Shown one piece after another: positions 11,105 to 22,342 of a DNA stretch of 64,000 nt (position 1 is its first letter; each line of letters opens with the position of its first letter). The notes under the pieces were generated by a model. That model made no database searches. It was not told the DNA's origin and saw only the letters and a list, made by a program, of their open reading frames with translations. This DNA is from Cladosporium halotolerans. Lineage: Eukaryota. The translations under genes were made by a program, and so were the position numbers. The DNA lies in the NCBI RefSeq assembly GCF_011745625.1, contig NW_027191454.1, forward strand, positions 310,001 through 374,000, read 5' to 3'.

Positions 11105-14100
11105 TCAATGCCCATGGATCCACGCGGACCTCATCCCAGGTCCACTGGGCAACTTACCCTTCATCAGACCAACATCAATCGCGGTGCTGCCAGTCATGCG
11201 ACGACCTTGCGGCACGTCGTCACAAGCAGGGGGGCTGGGGTACTTCAAGAAAAGATTCTCCTGCGCGTCCCAGTCCATTGGGAGGTCCATGGACAGCGAG
11301 CGGGATCGGTTCGGCGCCTTCAAGTAGTTTGTCGTGTAGTGGCGCTGCGCCTGCCGTTGCGGGGTCTTCGTGGAAGGCTTGCTAGGCTGCTTGCGGGGGG
11401 CACGAGGTTGCTTCGGCTTGTCGCTGGGAGCTTTGGGAGTAGAGGAGGAGGGTTTCGGAGGCGACTTCAGCGCCTTCACGAGCTTGTTGAACTCGCTGGT
11501 GTCGGAGGTGATCTGAGCGCGGAGGAAGTCGGGCGATCGAGGGGTCGTGAGCGTCTCCATTACAGGCGTGCGAGGGGTGTATTCCCAGCGTTGCGGCTGA
11601 GGCGGATCCGTCGATTCAATTGCTGGATCCAGGTAGGCATCTTGTCCCTTGGCAAGAAGCTGCATGATGTCGATGCTCTCTCCGGGCGGAATTGCAGTGG
11701 GATTCGAAGGGGTTATGCAGTCCATGTCGACCTCCTTGCGAAGAACGTGGTCGATATCCACGGCTGAGAAGTACGCGCAAGACTGCGGCAGATCGTCGAT
11801 GCCCATCTGCTGAGCGAACATGGCACGCGTCCACACGTTTGCCACTTGAAGTGCCATTGCCGTGCGGTAGTTGTCCTCGTTCTTAGACAAGTAGCGGATC
11901 TCATCATGTACGGTCAATGCTAGGCGGGCCTGAATGTTGTACCGGCGGCACAGATAGTCCATGCTAACAATCAAAAGGTGAAGGTAGTCGACACCGCTTG
12001 ATTGAATAGCCCAGTTAATACGACTGGTCATGAAACCGCCAGCATTAATGTACCGGCGCATCAACGCCTCCGTGATACCGGCACCAAGCACCGGGGTCCG
12101 AGGCTTCTCCTCTTCAGCGAAATCTTCAAGCTTGTTGAAGACGAGCGACTCAGTACCACCGGTCCAGAATTTGCGGTCCCTGAGAATCTTCGCGCCGCGT
12201 TTCTTTCCCTTGGTGTTCAAGTAGAGGCTTTCAGCGATCTTCTTCGCGTCTTCCTCTTTCAGCGAAGGGTTGAAGCGACGAAGCAAGCTGACGGCGAACG
12301 TGAGACCGGCTCCATAGATACGACCATAGTTGAAGACCTTTGCGTCATTCCTACTGATTCCAAGAATAGACGCCGTGCGAGAGTGCAAGTCAGTACCGGC
12401 TGCCTTTGCACCCTCAAGAGTCATGAAGCCGATCGCGTTGCCGCCATGGATTTTGAAGCTGGCGTCTCCGACTAGCGATGCAATCCAGAGCTCCTGACTA
12501 TCGACATCTGCGCCGACGAAAGAGTAGCCCGGCGGAGCAGTGACCATGCTTTTGAGCTCGGATCCGACACGGTTGGCTTTTGCATTGGATGCTGTCAGCC
12601 AGGTGTTCTCCACTGCGCGCCGAGTAATGGTGCCCATGGGGATAAGCTGCGGCAAGATGAAGCCTTGTTCATCATCCGCATTCGTCGAGCCCGGACGCTC
12701 TGAATTGTACACAACCATCTGCGATGTAATTCTGTCGCGGGCGCTGATCCAGTAGCTGCAGCTCGCGTTCATCTGCAGCGCTTCCTTCGCGTAAGGAAAT
12801 TCCGAAGACAATGTTCCTTGTTCGAAAAACGACAGATAGCCTTTCGCCAAAGGGCTCGCGCAACGCGCGGTCGGTCCATCTTTGTGAGGGAGCTTGAAAT
12901 AATCGTGATGCAGATCGCCCTTCAGAGACAAATTCTCTTCCTCGAACATATCACATCGCGTCATTGCCATGTCCTCATACTTCTTGGACTCCGCCACAGG
13001 CACCTTGAATGTCCAACCGAACTTGTCGCTCCACACCAGCGGATGATCGTCCCATGCGAGCCGTAAAAGAAGCGGCGAGATCCGTGTTCGGACTGTGAGA
13101 TTGATGTCGCCGCCGGTCTGCGGGAACAGCTCCTTGTACCATTTGGGCATGCCTGGCATCTTCTGTCTTGCCACGGGACGCGGTGGGTTCTTTTTAGTCC
13201 CTTTTGTCATGCGCACTTCCTGCCCTGACCAGTCAAGCTGCCGAAGCCATGGGTCGTTCTGATACACGTCGGGCTTTGCACGAAGCTCCAATGCGCGATT
13301 GGCAAGATCGACCAATCGTTCTTGCACGCCCGAAGACAGCTTTTCATATGTCGCCTCCGCATTAGCGATGTATGCTTTCCAGCCCTGGTTGACTGGTAGA
13401 ATCTCCGCAGACATGTGGCGCAGTGCAGCGAAAGAGACCGGGTGCGGGCAAGTCTCCAGGAAGTGAGGCAGGACCTTTTTGTACACGCGATGCGTGATAT
13501 CGACATCCGCAGCGCAATAATCCAGCAGCTCGTCCAGCTTTGCCACAACACCCTCCCGATCAAGCTCTCCGAACCACTCCCGCTTCGCTTTATCGATCGT
13601 GATGCCACAGTGAAATTTGGCGACGTCCCGAAGACTGTTGACCGAGCTGCGTCCAACCCACAGATCCTCCTCCATGTCCATCGACTCACCCGAGCCCAGA
13701 AGAGAATGCAAGTCGGCCGCGCTCTCATCCGACGCAATCTTATCTTGCACCTCTCGCGCCTTGCGGTGCTTCACCCACGTAGGCCGCTGCCGGCTACACA
13801 TGCCGTTGGCCGCCACGTGCAGACTCATGGTGTCCATGAAATAATTCTTCGACTGCTGCATATCATACTCCTCCAAAATGCGAGCCCGGTCGTAACCGAT
13901 GTTGTGCCCAACAATAATCCTCGGCTTCGTGAAGTCGCCCAGCGGAATCAAGTGCCTGTCGTTCTCGCTCTCCCCGAGCAGCCACGGCGAGATCCAAGCG
14001 TACCAGTGCGTCGCCGACACAGCGCACGCCATGGCCGGGAAGTTCGTCTCTTTATACATGACCTCCGTGTCGAACGTCAGAGCCTCCTCGTCCGGCGCTT

Positions 14101-14659
14101 CGACCGCCTCCCAGCTTCCGTCCTCGTTGTACTTCGTCCATCCGCTCCGCTGCTGCCACTTCCTCGGTCTCGTCGGCGGTGAAGCCCTCGCGTACTTCCT
14201 CGACATTGACAGATATGGCTCCGCGCTCTCCATGCCCAAGCGGTAGAAATGCTCGTCCAGAGAGGTTCCCTGCAGGTCCGGTAGGTCGAAGCCGATCGGC
14301 TCGGATTTGTCGCTCGTCTTGCCGAGCAGGTCGTGTCGTGTCAGGTGGTCTTTGGACATAGCGACGAGCTCCGGGTCGGCCGCATATCGCTCTCGATAGG
14401 GAATCGGCGGGAACAGCTGCGGGTAGACGTGGGAGGAGACCTGCTGCACGCCGATTTCATTGTGCCTGGCCTGAGAAGGCACCTGGAGCGTCCGAGGGTG
14501 TGTATCCGACTGCTCGGCGGCCGCCTGCGCCGCCGCAGCGCTGGCGTAGCATCTCTGCGCATTCGACCATTTAGGGGGCAAAGGTGACAGGCGGAGGAGG
14601 GAGGTCTGTTGCGTGCGCTCGAGCGCGTTTGCCACGTGCCGGTGGCATCTTGATCGCAT
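11105..14659 (-). CDS. MIP1: Mitochondrial DNA polymerase gamma (intronless)
   Basis: Exonuclease motifs LTFDTEV, VGHNIGYDRARI, YCAADV; polymerase motifs VGADVDSQELWIA, AKVFNYGRIYGAG, SRINWAIQSSGVDYLH, TVHDEIRY; Arg-rich presequence. Confidence 0.96.
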   Translation of the reverse strand: MRSRCHRHVANALERTQQTSLLRLSPLPPKWSNAQRCYASAAAAQAAAEQSDTHPRTLQVPSQARHNEIGVQQVSSHVYPQLFPPIPYRERYAADPELVAMSKDHLTRHDLLGKTSDKSEPIGFDLPDLQGTSLDEHFYRLGMESAEPYLSMSRKYARASPPTRPRKWQQRSGWTKYNEDGSWEAVEAPDEEALTFDTEVMYKETNFPAMACAVSATHWYAWISPWLLGESENDRHLIPLGDFTKPRIIVGHNIGYDRARILEEYDMQQSKNYFMDTMSLHVAANGMCSRQRPTWVKHRKAREVQDKIASDESAADLHSLLGSGESMDMEEDLWVGRSSVNSLRDVAKFHCGITIDKAKREWFGELDREGVVAKLDELLDYCAADVDITHRVYKKVLPHFLETCPHPVSFAALRHMSAEILPVNQGWKAYIANAEATYEKLSSGVQERLVDLANRALELRAKPDVYQNDPWLRQLDWSGQEVRMTKGTKKNPPRPVARQKMPGMPKWYKELFPQTGGDINLTVRTRISPLLLRLAWDDHPLVWSDKFGWTFKVPVAESKKYEDMAMTRCDMFEEENLSLKGDLHHDYFKLPHKDGPTARCASPLAKGYLSFFEQGTLSSEFPYAKEALQMNASCSYWISARDRITSQMVVYNSERPGSTNADDEQGFILPQLIPMGTITRRAVENTWLTASNAKANRVGSELKSMVTAPPGYSFVGADVDSQELWIASLVGDASFKIHGGNAIGFMTLEGAKAAGTDLHSRTASILGISRNDAKVFNYGRIYGAGLTFAVSLLRRFNPSLKEEDAKKIAESLYLNTKGKKRGAKILRDRKFWTGGTESLVFNKLEDFAEEEKPRTPVLGAGITEALMRRYINAGGFMTSRINWAIQSSGVDYLHLLIVSMDYLCRRYNIQARLALTVHDEIRYLSKNEDNYRTAMALQVANVWTRAMFAQQMGIDDLPQSCAYFSAVDIDHVLRKEVDMDCITPSNPTAIPPGESIDIMQLLAKGQDAYLDPAIESTDPPQPQRWEYTPRTPVMETLTTPRSPDFLRAQITSDTSEFNKLVKALKSPPKPSSSTPKAPSDKPKQPRAPRKQPSKPSTKTPQRQAQRHYTTNYLKAPNRSRSLSMDLPMDWDAQENLFLKYPSPPACDDVPQGRRMTGSTAIDVGLMKGKLPSGPGMRSAWIHGH

Positions 14660-15180
14660 TCTGTCGGGTCGCCCGTTCACGTCCGCGACATGGTCTCGTG
14701 AGTGGTGAGGTGGGTAGGGTGAAAAGGGCTGGTGGCAGCGCGGCCTCGTCGCGCGTCATGCCCGCAGTCGTGATGACAGGCTGACAAGCTCTCGGCAGCC
14801 CGCCGCTCTCCCGCGAAGCCCTGCGCAGATGAACTCTATTTTCGTCGCATGTCGCACCGCATGGCGGGGTTGACCTAGTGCATGACAGATTTCACTAAAA
14901 CAATGGATTTGGGCAAAGGCAAATCCTGGATTGGTTTTTATTTAATCCAGGATTTACGAGTAGCTCGCCAGTCTCAGGAACAACTATTAGAATTGATTTT
15001 GCTATTCGATTTCCTTCGTTCCATCATTGAAAGCTACCGGCTAACTAATCGTACAGCAATAGCAAGCTCGCATCGGAGATTGATCACCATAGCACTGCAC
15101 TTGCAGAATTACTCACCAGTAGCTCTCACGTATAAACATAAAGCTGAGAGCCCCGTTCTCGCACCATGTCATCCTCGCAT

Positions 15181-17060
15181 CTAGTACCTAGGCGGTCCAG
15201 AGCTGCCGGGGTAAGGCGGCTGTTGACCAGGGTAGCCGCCTTGGCCAGGAGGACCGCCAGGAGGAGGCGCGTATCCACCCTGCTGGGGACGGCCAGGCGG
15301 CGGGCCAGGCGGAGCATTGTAGCCGCCCTGCGGCTGGCCGTACTGGCCCGGGGGAGGGCCGCCGTAACCGCCTTGGGGTCCGCCGTAGCTTGGGGGTCCG
15401 CCGTAGCCTTGCTGCGGGGGAGGACCACCGTATCCGGCGCCAGGGGGAGGAGCTTGGCCGCCCTTCTCATCCTGAGTGTCGTAAGACGGGTCAATGGCTC
15501 CGAGGATGAGTTTGAGGACCCAGAGGTCCGGGGTGAGGTCGACTGGCGGCTGGGCGCGAGCCATCTCGGCAGACTCGTTCTCGAAGTTGGAAGTGCAGTC
15601 GACCATGGAGCCGATCTGGGGGTCGCTGTCCAGCTTGCCGAGGAACTCAGTAGCTATCATGTTGTCAGTTTTTGTACCCTGGGAGAAACATCAATGAGAC
15701 TAGAGCCATTCGCTTACCCTTCTGATCGTTGCCGACCTGCGCGAACTGGAAAGCAATTGCACCAGGGCCGAGGTTGGAAGTCGAGTTGACGGCGTAGCGG
15801 ATGGTGTCCTCAAGGGAGCCGTTGTTCTCGCCAGCAGGCTGACCATCAGTGATGCCAATGACCAGGATGGGCTTGCGCGGCTGGCGGAGCTTGGGCAGAA
15901 CGATCGGATCAATGACCTTCTGGCGCAGCTTGGTGCCGAACGGCGTAAGACCCTTGTATTTCTTGCCCTGCAAGACGGATTGGATCTGCTGCTCCGTGCG
16001 AATGCCCTCGAGCATGTTCGGCGGGATACTGTCATCGTTCATGAAGCGGATGTCGATACTGCGAGGTCTGTCAATAACTGATGGCTTTTCTCCATAATGA
16101 TCGTATGTGAAACTAACCCATCCTCGTCAAACAGGGTTGCGGCAAAGGCCACTCTCTGCATGATAAGCTCGAGATCCTTGATACGCTCGCCATTCTCCTC
16201 AAAAGCCATAGAGCCACTGTCATCAATGTAGATGACAACGTCGTACAGCGCAAGGCGGACGATATCCACGGCGATTTCGCGAGGGATGCGCCACGCCTGG
16301 CAGAGCTTGTCTACCTGCTGGGCTGCGCGCTGAGCGATCGGCTGTAGACGAGGGTCTCCAGGAGGGTAGAACGATTGGAGTCGCTTCTGCTGAATGGCCT
16401 CTTCAAGCTGACGCACGTATCCACTAACATCTTGCGGGCCGGCAGGCCCTGGAGGAGGAGGTCCGCCGCCGAACTGCTGCTGCGGAGGCGGGCCAGAACC
16501 ACCCATCGGAGGAGGTCCGCCATAGCCCTGCTGCTGTTGGGGAGGCGGCGGGCCACCGGGGTAGGAGGAAGGCGCGCCCTGTGAAAGCTACTGTTAGTAC
16601 ACGTGCTCGTAGTGCTGTGCAAACGACTGATGATTCAATGCATGTGAGAACGAACATAGCCGCCTTGTTGTTGCTGCGGAGGGTATCCTGGACTTTGACC
16701 ATATGGTGATGGGCTGTAGGGCGCAGGGCTGTAGGGCTGCTGAGGCGGTGGCTGAGAGTAGGGAGCCGGCGCGCCTGGATAGGGACTCGAGGACTGCGCA
16801 GGTGGTGGTGGAGGCGGGCGCGCATATTGGTTTTGCGACTGCTGCTGTCCGTACTGGGGCGGCTGTCCATATTGAGGGCCCTGAGGCGCAGGCGACTGGT
16901 AACCACCCGCAGGCGGATATCCACCAGGAGCGGGCGATTGGTACCCAGTGCTTTGAGGTCGATTGACCTGGAGCGGCGCGGGGTACGGCGAAGACGCGGG
17001 TGGTTGTTGGCTCGGAGGCCCCCCAGCACCGCCCGCAGCAAGGCGCGAGGCGAGAGGCAT
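15181..17060 (-). CDS. Pro/Gln/Gly/Tyr-rich protein with vWA domain (RfeF-like), proximal-start isoform (exons 17060-16656, 16578-16118, 16058-15718, 15653-15181)
   Basis: LALYDVVIYIDDSGSMAFEENGERI (MIDAS DxSxS), GLTPFGT, KPILVIGITDGQP, FQFAQVGND; low-complexity PGY tails at both ends; all junctions stay in frame. Confidence 0.85.
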
Positions 17061-17245
17061 GGTCCGTCCAAGGGATCCGATTGGGTGTTTCGCGTGTCAC
17101 AATAAAGGTATAGGTGTGTTCAGGTGGCGCAGGCGATCGAAGCGGGGATCGTAGAGTGTTGGTTCCACAGGCGCGCAAGGGAAGGAGTGGTTTGCGGGAA
17201 GGCACAAAGAAAACAAGTTGGAAAGCAATCGCGCGAAGGGCTCAC

Positions 17246-17629
17246 CTGGCTTGGGTTGTAGGCTTGGTACTATGAGGCAGTTAGTCACGAGTCGTCATTG
17301 CGAAGCTTGCAGCGCCGAAAGTCCGGTTCCGGTTCGCGTCGGCACCGCAATACGCGACATGTGTACTCACCTGCTGCGGAGCTCCACCTCCTCCGCCGCC
17401 TTGGGCAGCTGCTGCGTTGGCCGCAGCCATCTTCTGAGCGAGCTGCGCATTCTGTCAGTACTGCATTTGATATCTTGCCGCAGTGGCCGCTCTCAATCAT
17501 CTCCGTATCAGTCCTCCTCCGTTTCCCTGGCGCCTAGATTTCGAGAGGCGAGGATGACGTTGATGAGGGGCTGAGTTGGCTGGGATGGTGGGGTTGACGA
17601 AGCAGGCGGGCAAGGAAACTTACACCCAT
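17246..17629 (-). CDS. Alternative upstream coding exons of the vWA/RfeF-like gene (17629-17624, 17442-17371, 17269-17246)
   Basis: ATGGGT|GTAAGT; TACTGAC..GCAG|72-nt exon|GTGAGT; GACTAAC..ATAG|24-nt exon|GTGAGC. All phase 0, encoding MG-LAQKMAAANAAAAQGGGGGGAPQQ-YQAYNPSQ, and compatible with the phase-0 acceptor at 16578. Confidence 0.75.
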
Positions 17630-18200
17630 AATGGCTGGTTGAGTGCGTTCAGGTGTTCGAGGTGGTTGATATTGCAATTGTTGTGCTGGTGCGGTGCCTG
17701 ATGAATAGTTGAGTCTTGTTCAGGAAGAGAGGACCGACGTTGTGAAGTGGATGTAAGGTGTTCTGGTCGAGCAAGGTCGCGACTCGTACGCTTTAGCTTC
17801 GCAACCGAGCTCTCAGCTGGCACAGCCACACAGACAGGGCCTGATTCCTGCGCTTTGAAGCAAATAATCAACCACGGTTGTGCTGTGCAAATCTAAGCTA
17901 GTTTCGCTCGCTTATTCTCGGGCGATTGCTTCACGAGCAGCAAACACTTAGCGGTTACACGTGACGAGTGACAATGTGGTCTTCACGGTGGCATTCTCAC
18001 AGCCACAAGCCCTACGGTAGGGCGCAGGGCGCAGGGCAACGATGATGCACATCATGATGTTATTAATGAGGCGCAGCAGGCATGTCACGCTTAACCGCGT
18101 ACACACACCTCGCGATGAGCGCGCTGACCACACCTCGTACAATATCCTATGGACATACTGTTATCCACACAATAATGCTACCGTCCTCTATGAGCATCAA

Positions 18201-20354
18201 TCATGGCGAGCCAACCTCGAATCTGCCCTGCTTGGCGTTCGCCGCGTCGTCAATCGTGGATCTGAACTCCTTCCACAACTTCTTGACCACTCCATCATCG
18301 ACCATGCGGTCCACGATCTTGTTGGCGTGTTTGCGACGCTTTTTCGTGCTCATCTTGTCTCGCCTCTTCAATTCCTTGGCCGTGTCATACTTCTGGTTGT
18401 GCAGCCATTCTACGACCCATTCGTACAAGTGATACCGCCAGTGTTGAAGAGCGTGTGCCGTGCGTGCGTTCTGAGCACAGAAACGGCCAAGGTACCAAAT
18501 GCGATTGGCCGGTGGCACTTCTAGACCGCGAGAATCGTAGACAACGTGATCTCCAGTCGATTGCTCGCTGTCGTCGCTATCGTCCTCTTCGTCATCATCG
18601 TCATCATCCTTGCCGACTTCTTCCAGGGTCTCACGGTGGTACGGCTTCCCAGTAAACTGCATTTCGATAGTCGCCGGGTGGCTGCCGCGATTGCAGGCGT
18701 CGCATTTGTCATGTACAAAATCAGCGCCACCACCCATGGGGCTGTCACGTTCAATGGCGGGCCGCGAGCGAACCGCGCTTGTAAACTCGGCGTTCCATGC
18801 AGAAGACATGAATTTCGACCCTGCGAGCCCAGAAACTTCGTCGTCTAGCTTCTGAAAGGTGAGGGTGTAGATCTCGTCGTCCATCGCAAAAGCCGGGTTG
18901 ATCTTCTTCTGCACCATCCATTCGATTGCGAACTTCCACAAATCCTTGGCTTTCATCGACGCGTATCTCGTGTACTTCAGCGGAATCCCTTCGGGCACAC
19001 CAAGTACATCGTCATCGCCCTCCTCAATGAAATCTTCGTCGTCTTCGTCCGCGTCGAACATAGCGCGTCTGCTCACGCGTTCAGGCTCGGGAGATTCCTC
19101 CGAGTTGTCGTACATCTCGTCAAGTTCGCGTTGGTCCTGCATCGCAGCGTCTTCATCCTCATGAATGTCTGGCAGTGAAGGCTGACTCGATCGCGCTTGC
19201 TTCAAACGCTCCAAAGCCTGCTGCCGTGCGTTCTTCTTCAGCGTTTGTGAATCTCTGGGCGGTCGATTTTCCTCAACATCGCTGCTTGGCCCAATGAAAT
19301 CCAGATCTTCCTTCAAATCATCTTGTTCCTCCTGTGTGAAAGCCGGTTTGCGCCGCTGTAAGCGACGCTTGCCAGGAGTCACCGGTGCTAGTTCTTCATC
19401 ATCGTCGCTGTCGTCTTGTTGTGCAGGTGCTCGATTCGGGTCATCGATAATCTGCAGGTCGTCTTCACTGCCAGCAACTTCCGCGGGAGGTGACGAGCTG
19501 ATGAATGACGATTCTCGCTCCTTCCTCCGACGCTTTTGTGTTCCCAACGTTGTTGGCATGTCGTCCTCGCTGTCGTCGTCCACTGCTGGAGCCTTATCAG
19601 GCACAGGCCTGGCTTTCTTCCTAGCACTTGGGAGCACAATCTCATCCTCATCCTCATCCTCGTCTTTGTCCTCATCCGCAGCGCCATCCGAAATAGGTTT
19701 GACCTTCTTCCTAGCACTCGGCAGCGCAATTTCGTCCTCATCCTCATCCTCATCCTCATCCTCATCTTCTTCTTCTTCTTCTTCTTCTTCTTCTTCCTCC
19801 TCCTCAGGACTCGGCTCCCTCTCAACCTGCGAACTCCCCTTTCCACCCGAACTCATAAACCCCATCTTCCGCTTCTTGCTGCCTCCACGCACTGTAATCT
19901 CGTCACTATCCTCGCTCGACTCCTCATCTCTACTCCTCTTTTGCCCTCTCGCCTGCGTAAACATGCTCGGCGCAACAGGCGGATCGGCGTTTAGTCTTCC
20001 GTTCGAACTCTCAGGCCCGAAATCGAGCCTCTGCTGTTTCGCGCGGCGCTTGTTGGACTTCTTCCGCGACGACGATCGCAAGGGGTCTGATCTGATCTGC
20101 TGGTCTTCGTTTGCTGGTGTCGGGAGCATCGTATTTGTGTTTGCGGTTGAGTCGTGGATAGACGCATCGTTTTCGTCTATGTGAGACGCGGGCGCCGATC
20201 GTTTGCGACGCTTTGAAGATTGTGACGAGTTGCCGTAGCCGACAGCGGCGGCGCGGTCTTGGATCTGCTTATTGTAGCCTTGAGCCGCAGGGTCGGAAGA
20301 AGGGATCGGGGTGAATGTTATGCGCGCCTGGCGTTTGCGCGTGCTGGGCGCCAT
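18201..20354 (-). CDS. Acidic low-complexity protein with C-terminal DUF4211-like domain
   Basis: Long intact ORF; AIEWMVQKKINPAF, KFMSSAWNAEF, CDACNR, GRFCAQNARTAHALQHWRYHL; several basic NLS-like clusters. Confidence 0.75.
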   Translation of the reverse strand: MAPSTRKRQARITFTPIPSSDPAAQGYNKQIQDRAAAVGYGNSSQSSKRRKRSAPASHIDENDASIHDSTANTNTMLPTPANEDQQIRSDPLRSSSRKKSNKRRAKQQRLDFGPESSNGRLNADPPVAPSMFTQARGQKRSRDEESSEDSDEITVRGGSKKRKMGFMSSGGKGSSQVEREPSPEEEEEEEEEEEEEDEDEDEDEDEDEIALPSARKKVKPISDGAADEDKDEDEDEDEIVLPSARKKARPVPDKAPAVDDDSEDDMPTTLGTQKRRRKERESSFISSSPPAEVAGSEDDLQIIDDPNRAPAQQDDSDDDEELAPVTPGKRRLQRRKPAFTQEEQDDLKEDLDFIGPSSDVEENRPPRDSQTLKKNARQQALERLKQARSSQPSLPDIHEDEDAAMQDQRELDEMYDNSEESPEPERVSRRAMFDADEDDEDFIEEGDDDVLGVPEGIPLKYTRYASMKAKDLWKFAIEWMVQKKINPAFAMDDEIYTLTFQKLDDEVSGLAGSKFMSSAWNAEFTSAVRSRPAIERDSPMGGGADFVHDKCDACNRGSHPATIEMQFTGKPYHRETLEEVGKDDDDDDEEDDSDDSEQSTGDHVVYDSRGLEVPPANRIWYLGRFCAQNARTAHALQHWRYHLYEWVVEWLHNQKYDTAKELKRRDKMSTKKRRKHANKIVDRMVDDGVVKKLWKEFRSTIDDAANAKQGRFEVGSP
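19735..19806. repeat. Coding microsatellite (TCCTCA)n(TCT)n encoding poly-Glu/Asp
   Basis: Directly visible tandem hexa- and trinucleotide repeats. Confidence 0.9.
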
Positions 20355-20789
20355 AGTTTGGGGCGTGAGGAGCTGTTGCTGTTGCAAGGAAGGGTTTCAA
20401 ACAAAGCGAGGTGAAGCTGGACAGACGACATGCAGAGAATGAAAAGGAAGCAAAGCAAAGCAGTGAGATCAAAGCGGTTTTCGCGGCATATGGTATGGCA
20501 GTGACAGTGAGAGGCTGCCTTTCGCATGTGAAGAAGCCCTGGCCCTTCACTTTTCCATCAGCCGAGTCACGTCCGTCGCGTCTCAGAAACATGACGTGCA
20601 CGGGCGAATGACGTGCATCAGATCGCCCTCTGGCGCCTTCTCGTTTGAGCTTCACGTGCCATGTCCTGGAGTTCACTGCTCATCATCTAAAAGTATTTGA
20701 TGAGAGGTTCTTTTCAGGCTTTGCGAACTATTCCGTTCCAGACTTCAATCAGGCCAAAATCAACCAAGGGCCGTGCCAAACGGCCCAAG

Positions 20790-21686
20790 ATGGCCAGCCA
20801 AAATGTTGCCTCAGCAGACGACTTCGGAGAACATGTCGAAAGCACATCAGTGCCCGGCAAGCAGTCAACGGAGCGATTTCCTCGATCTTCTAGGCCAAAT
20901 GCCTGTGAGTTCACATCATTCCAAGAGAAACAAAAAACCACTTCATAATCTCATTGTTGATATGTAGTTACAGAACTCATGAGACACAAGCCAACCGCTC
21001 AGGAAGCCGACAAGCCAACTCAAAAGACCGTCTTCGCGGGCCGCGATGGATTAGCTGCTTACACGATCGATCCGGAATCATTCCCGCCAACCAGAGTAGT
21101 CTACCACAACGAAAGGTTCGTCGTGATCAACGACCTCTATCCAAAGGCGAGCATACATCTTCTCCTCCTGCCTCGGGACCCCATCAAGAACGTCATGCGA
21201 CCTCAAGACGCTTTCGACGACGCACAGTTCCTGGAAGACTGCCGACAAGAAGAGAAGAAAGTCCGCGCCACCGTTGCCAGCGAACTCAGACGTCGATTCG
21301 GGAAGCACAGCGCCTCTGACCGGCCACGGATAGAAGCAATGGAATCAGACGACCCTCCTGACGAATTGCCACCCGGTCGCGATTGGGCTCAAGACGTGAT
21401 GTCTGGGATCCACGCGAATCCCTCCATGAGCCATCTGCACATTCACGTACTCAGCAAAGACATGGTGAGCGAGCCCATGAAAAAGCGGAATCATTATCTC
21501 TCGTTCACGACGGACTTTCTCGTTGGGCTTGAGCATTTCCCGTTAGCGAAGGATGATTATAGAAGGAGATACACGCATTTTCCGGAGGACATGCTGTGTT
21601 GGAGGTGTGGGGAGAACTTTGGCAACAAGATGAGCAAGTTGAAAGAGCATTTAGCGATGGAGAAAGAGCAATGGATCAGGGAATGA
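20790..21686 (+). CDS. HNT3: Aprataxin-like HIT-family DNA 5'-adenylate hydrolase (exons 20790-20904, 20968-21686)
   Basis: FVVINDLYPKASIHLLLLPR, GIHANPSMSHLHIHVLS (HIT motif), C-terminal CWRC..LKEHLAME zinc finger. Confidence 0.9.
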
Positions 21687-22342
21687 TGAGTTACCGATTG
21701 GCAATATGTTTATCGTAGCGTCTCTATGCGAGACTTTATTCGGGAGACGGCGTGTGTATTCACGTGTCGATCCACACCCCAAATTATCCGACCACATGAC
21801 AAATCCAAAGCTTTCAATAACGTTGACACTGTGCTGCTGCCATCAGCTGTAGTCTCCCCAAGAATTCCACGCCATGGAGAGGCCCTTCACCACTCATCCT
21901 TAGTCGGGATGGTTCTTAGCTTTCTCAATGGTATTACCGGATAAAGTACGCCATATCTGATTGTAATAGCTAAGAGCGTAGGCTCTCAGCTGAGATGGTT
22001 CTGGGAGTATCTCAGAGGCAGTATGAAACTTGAGTTATACATAGCCGCTGATAGCAACGTACATCCGTACAGATGTATCTGATGCTAGGTGTGGGAGGAG
22101 TCTTCAAGTCGCTGCGTTGTGTCCAGGTTAAGTTCCTTTCGGACGAGTCGTCCAACAGTCAAAATTTCGTGAGAAAAGCTTTGGCGGCCAGTCGCAGTGC
22201 TTTGTTGAGCGCGCCTTTGATGATTGTAGAAAGTCAGAATCGGCCGTTCGTTCGGCCTTCAAGATTTTTGTCTACAGTACTGTACACCCCTCTACGCCTT
22301 GCAAATGCACCGCTTTCCGCACCATCGTACACATCAAGCTTC

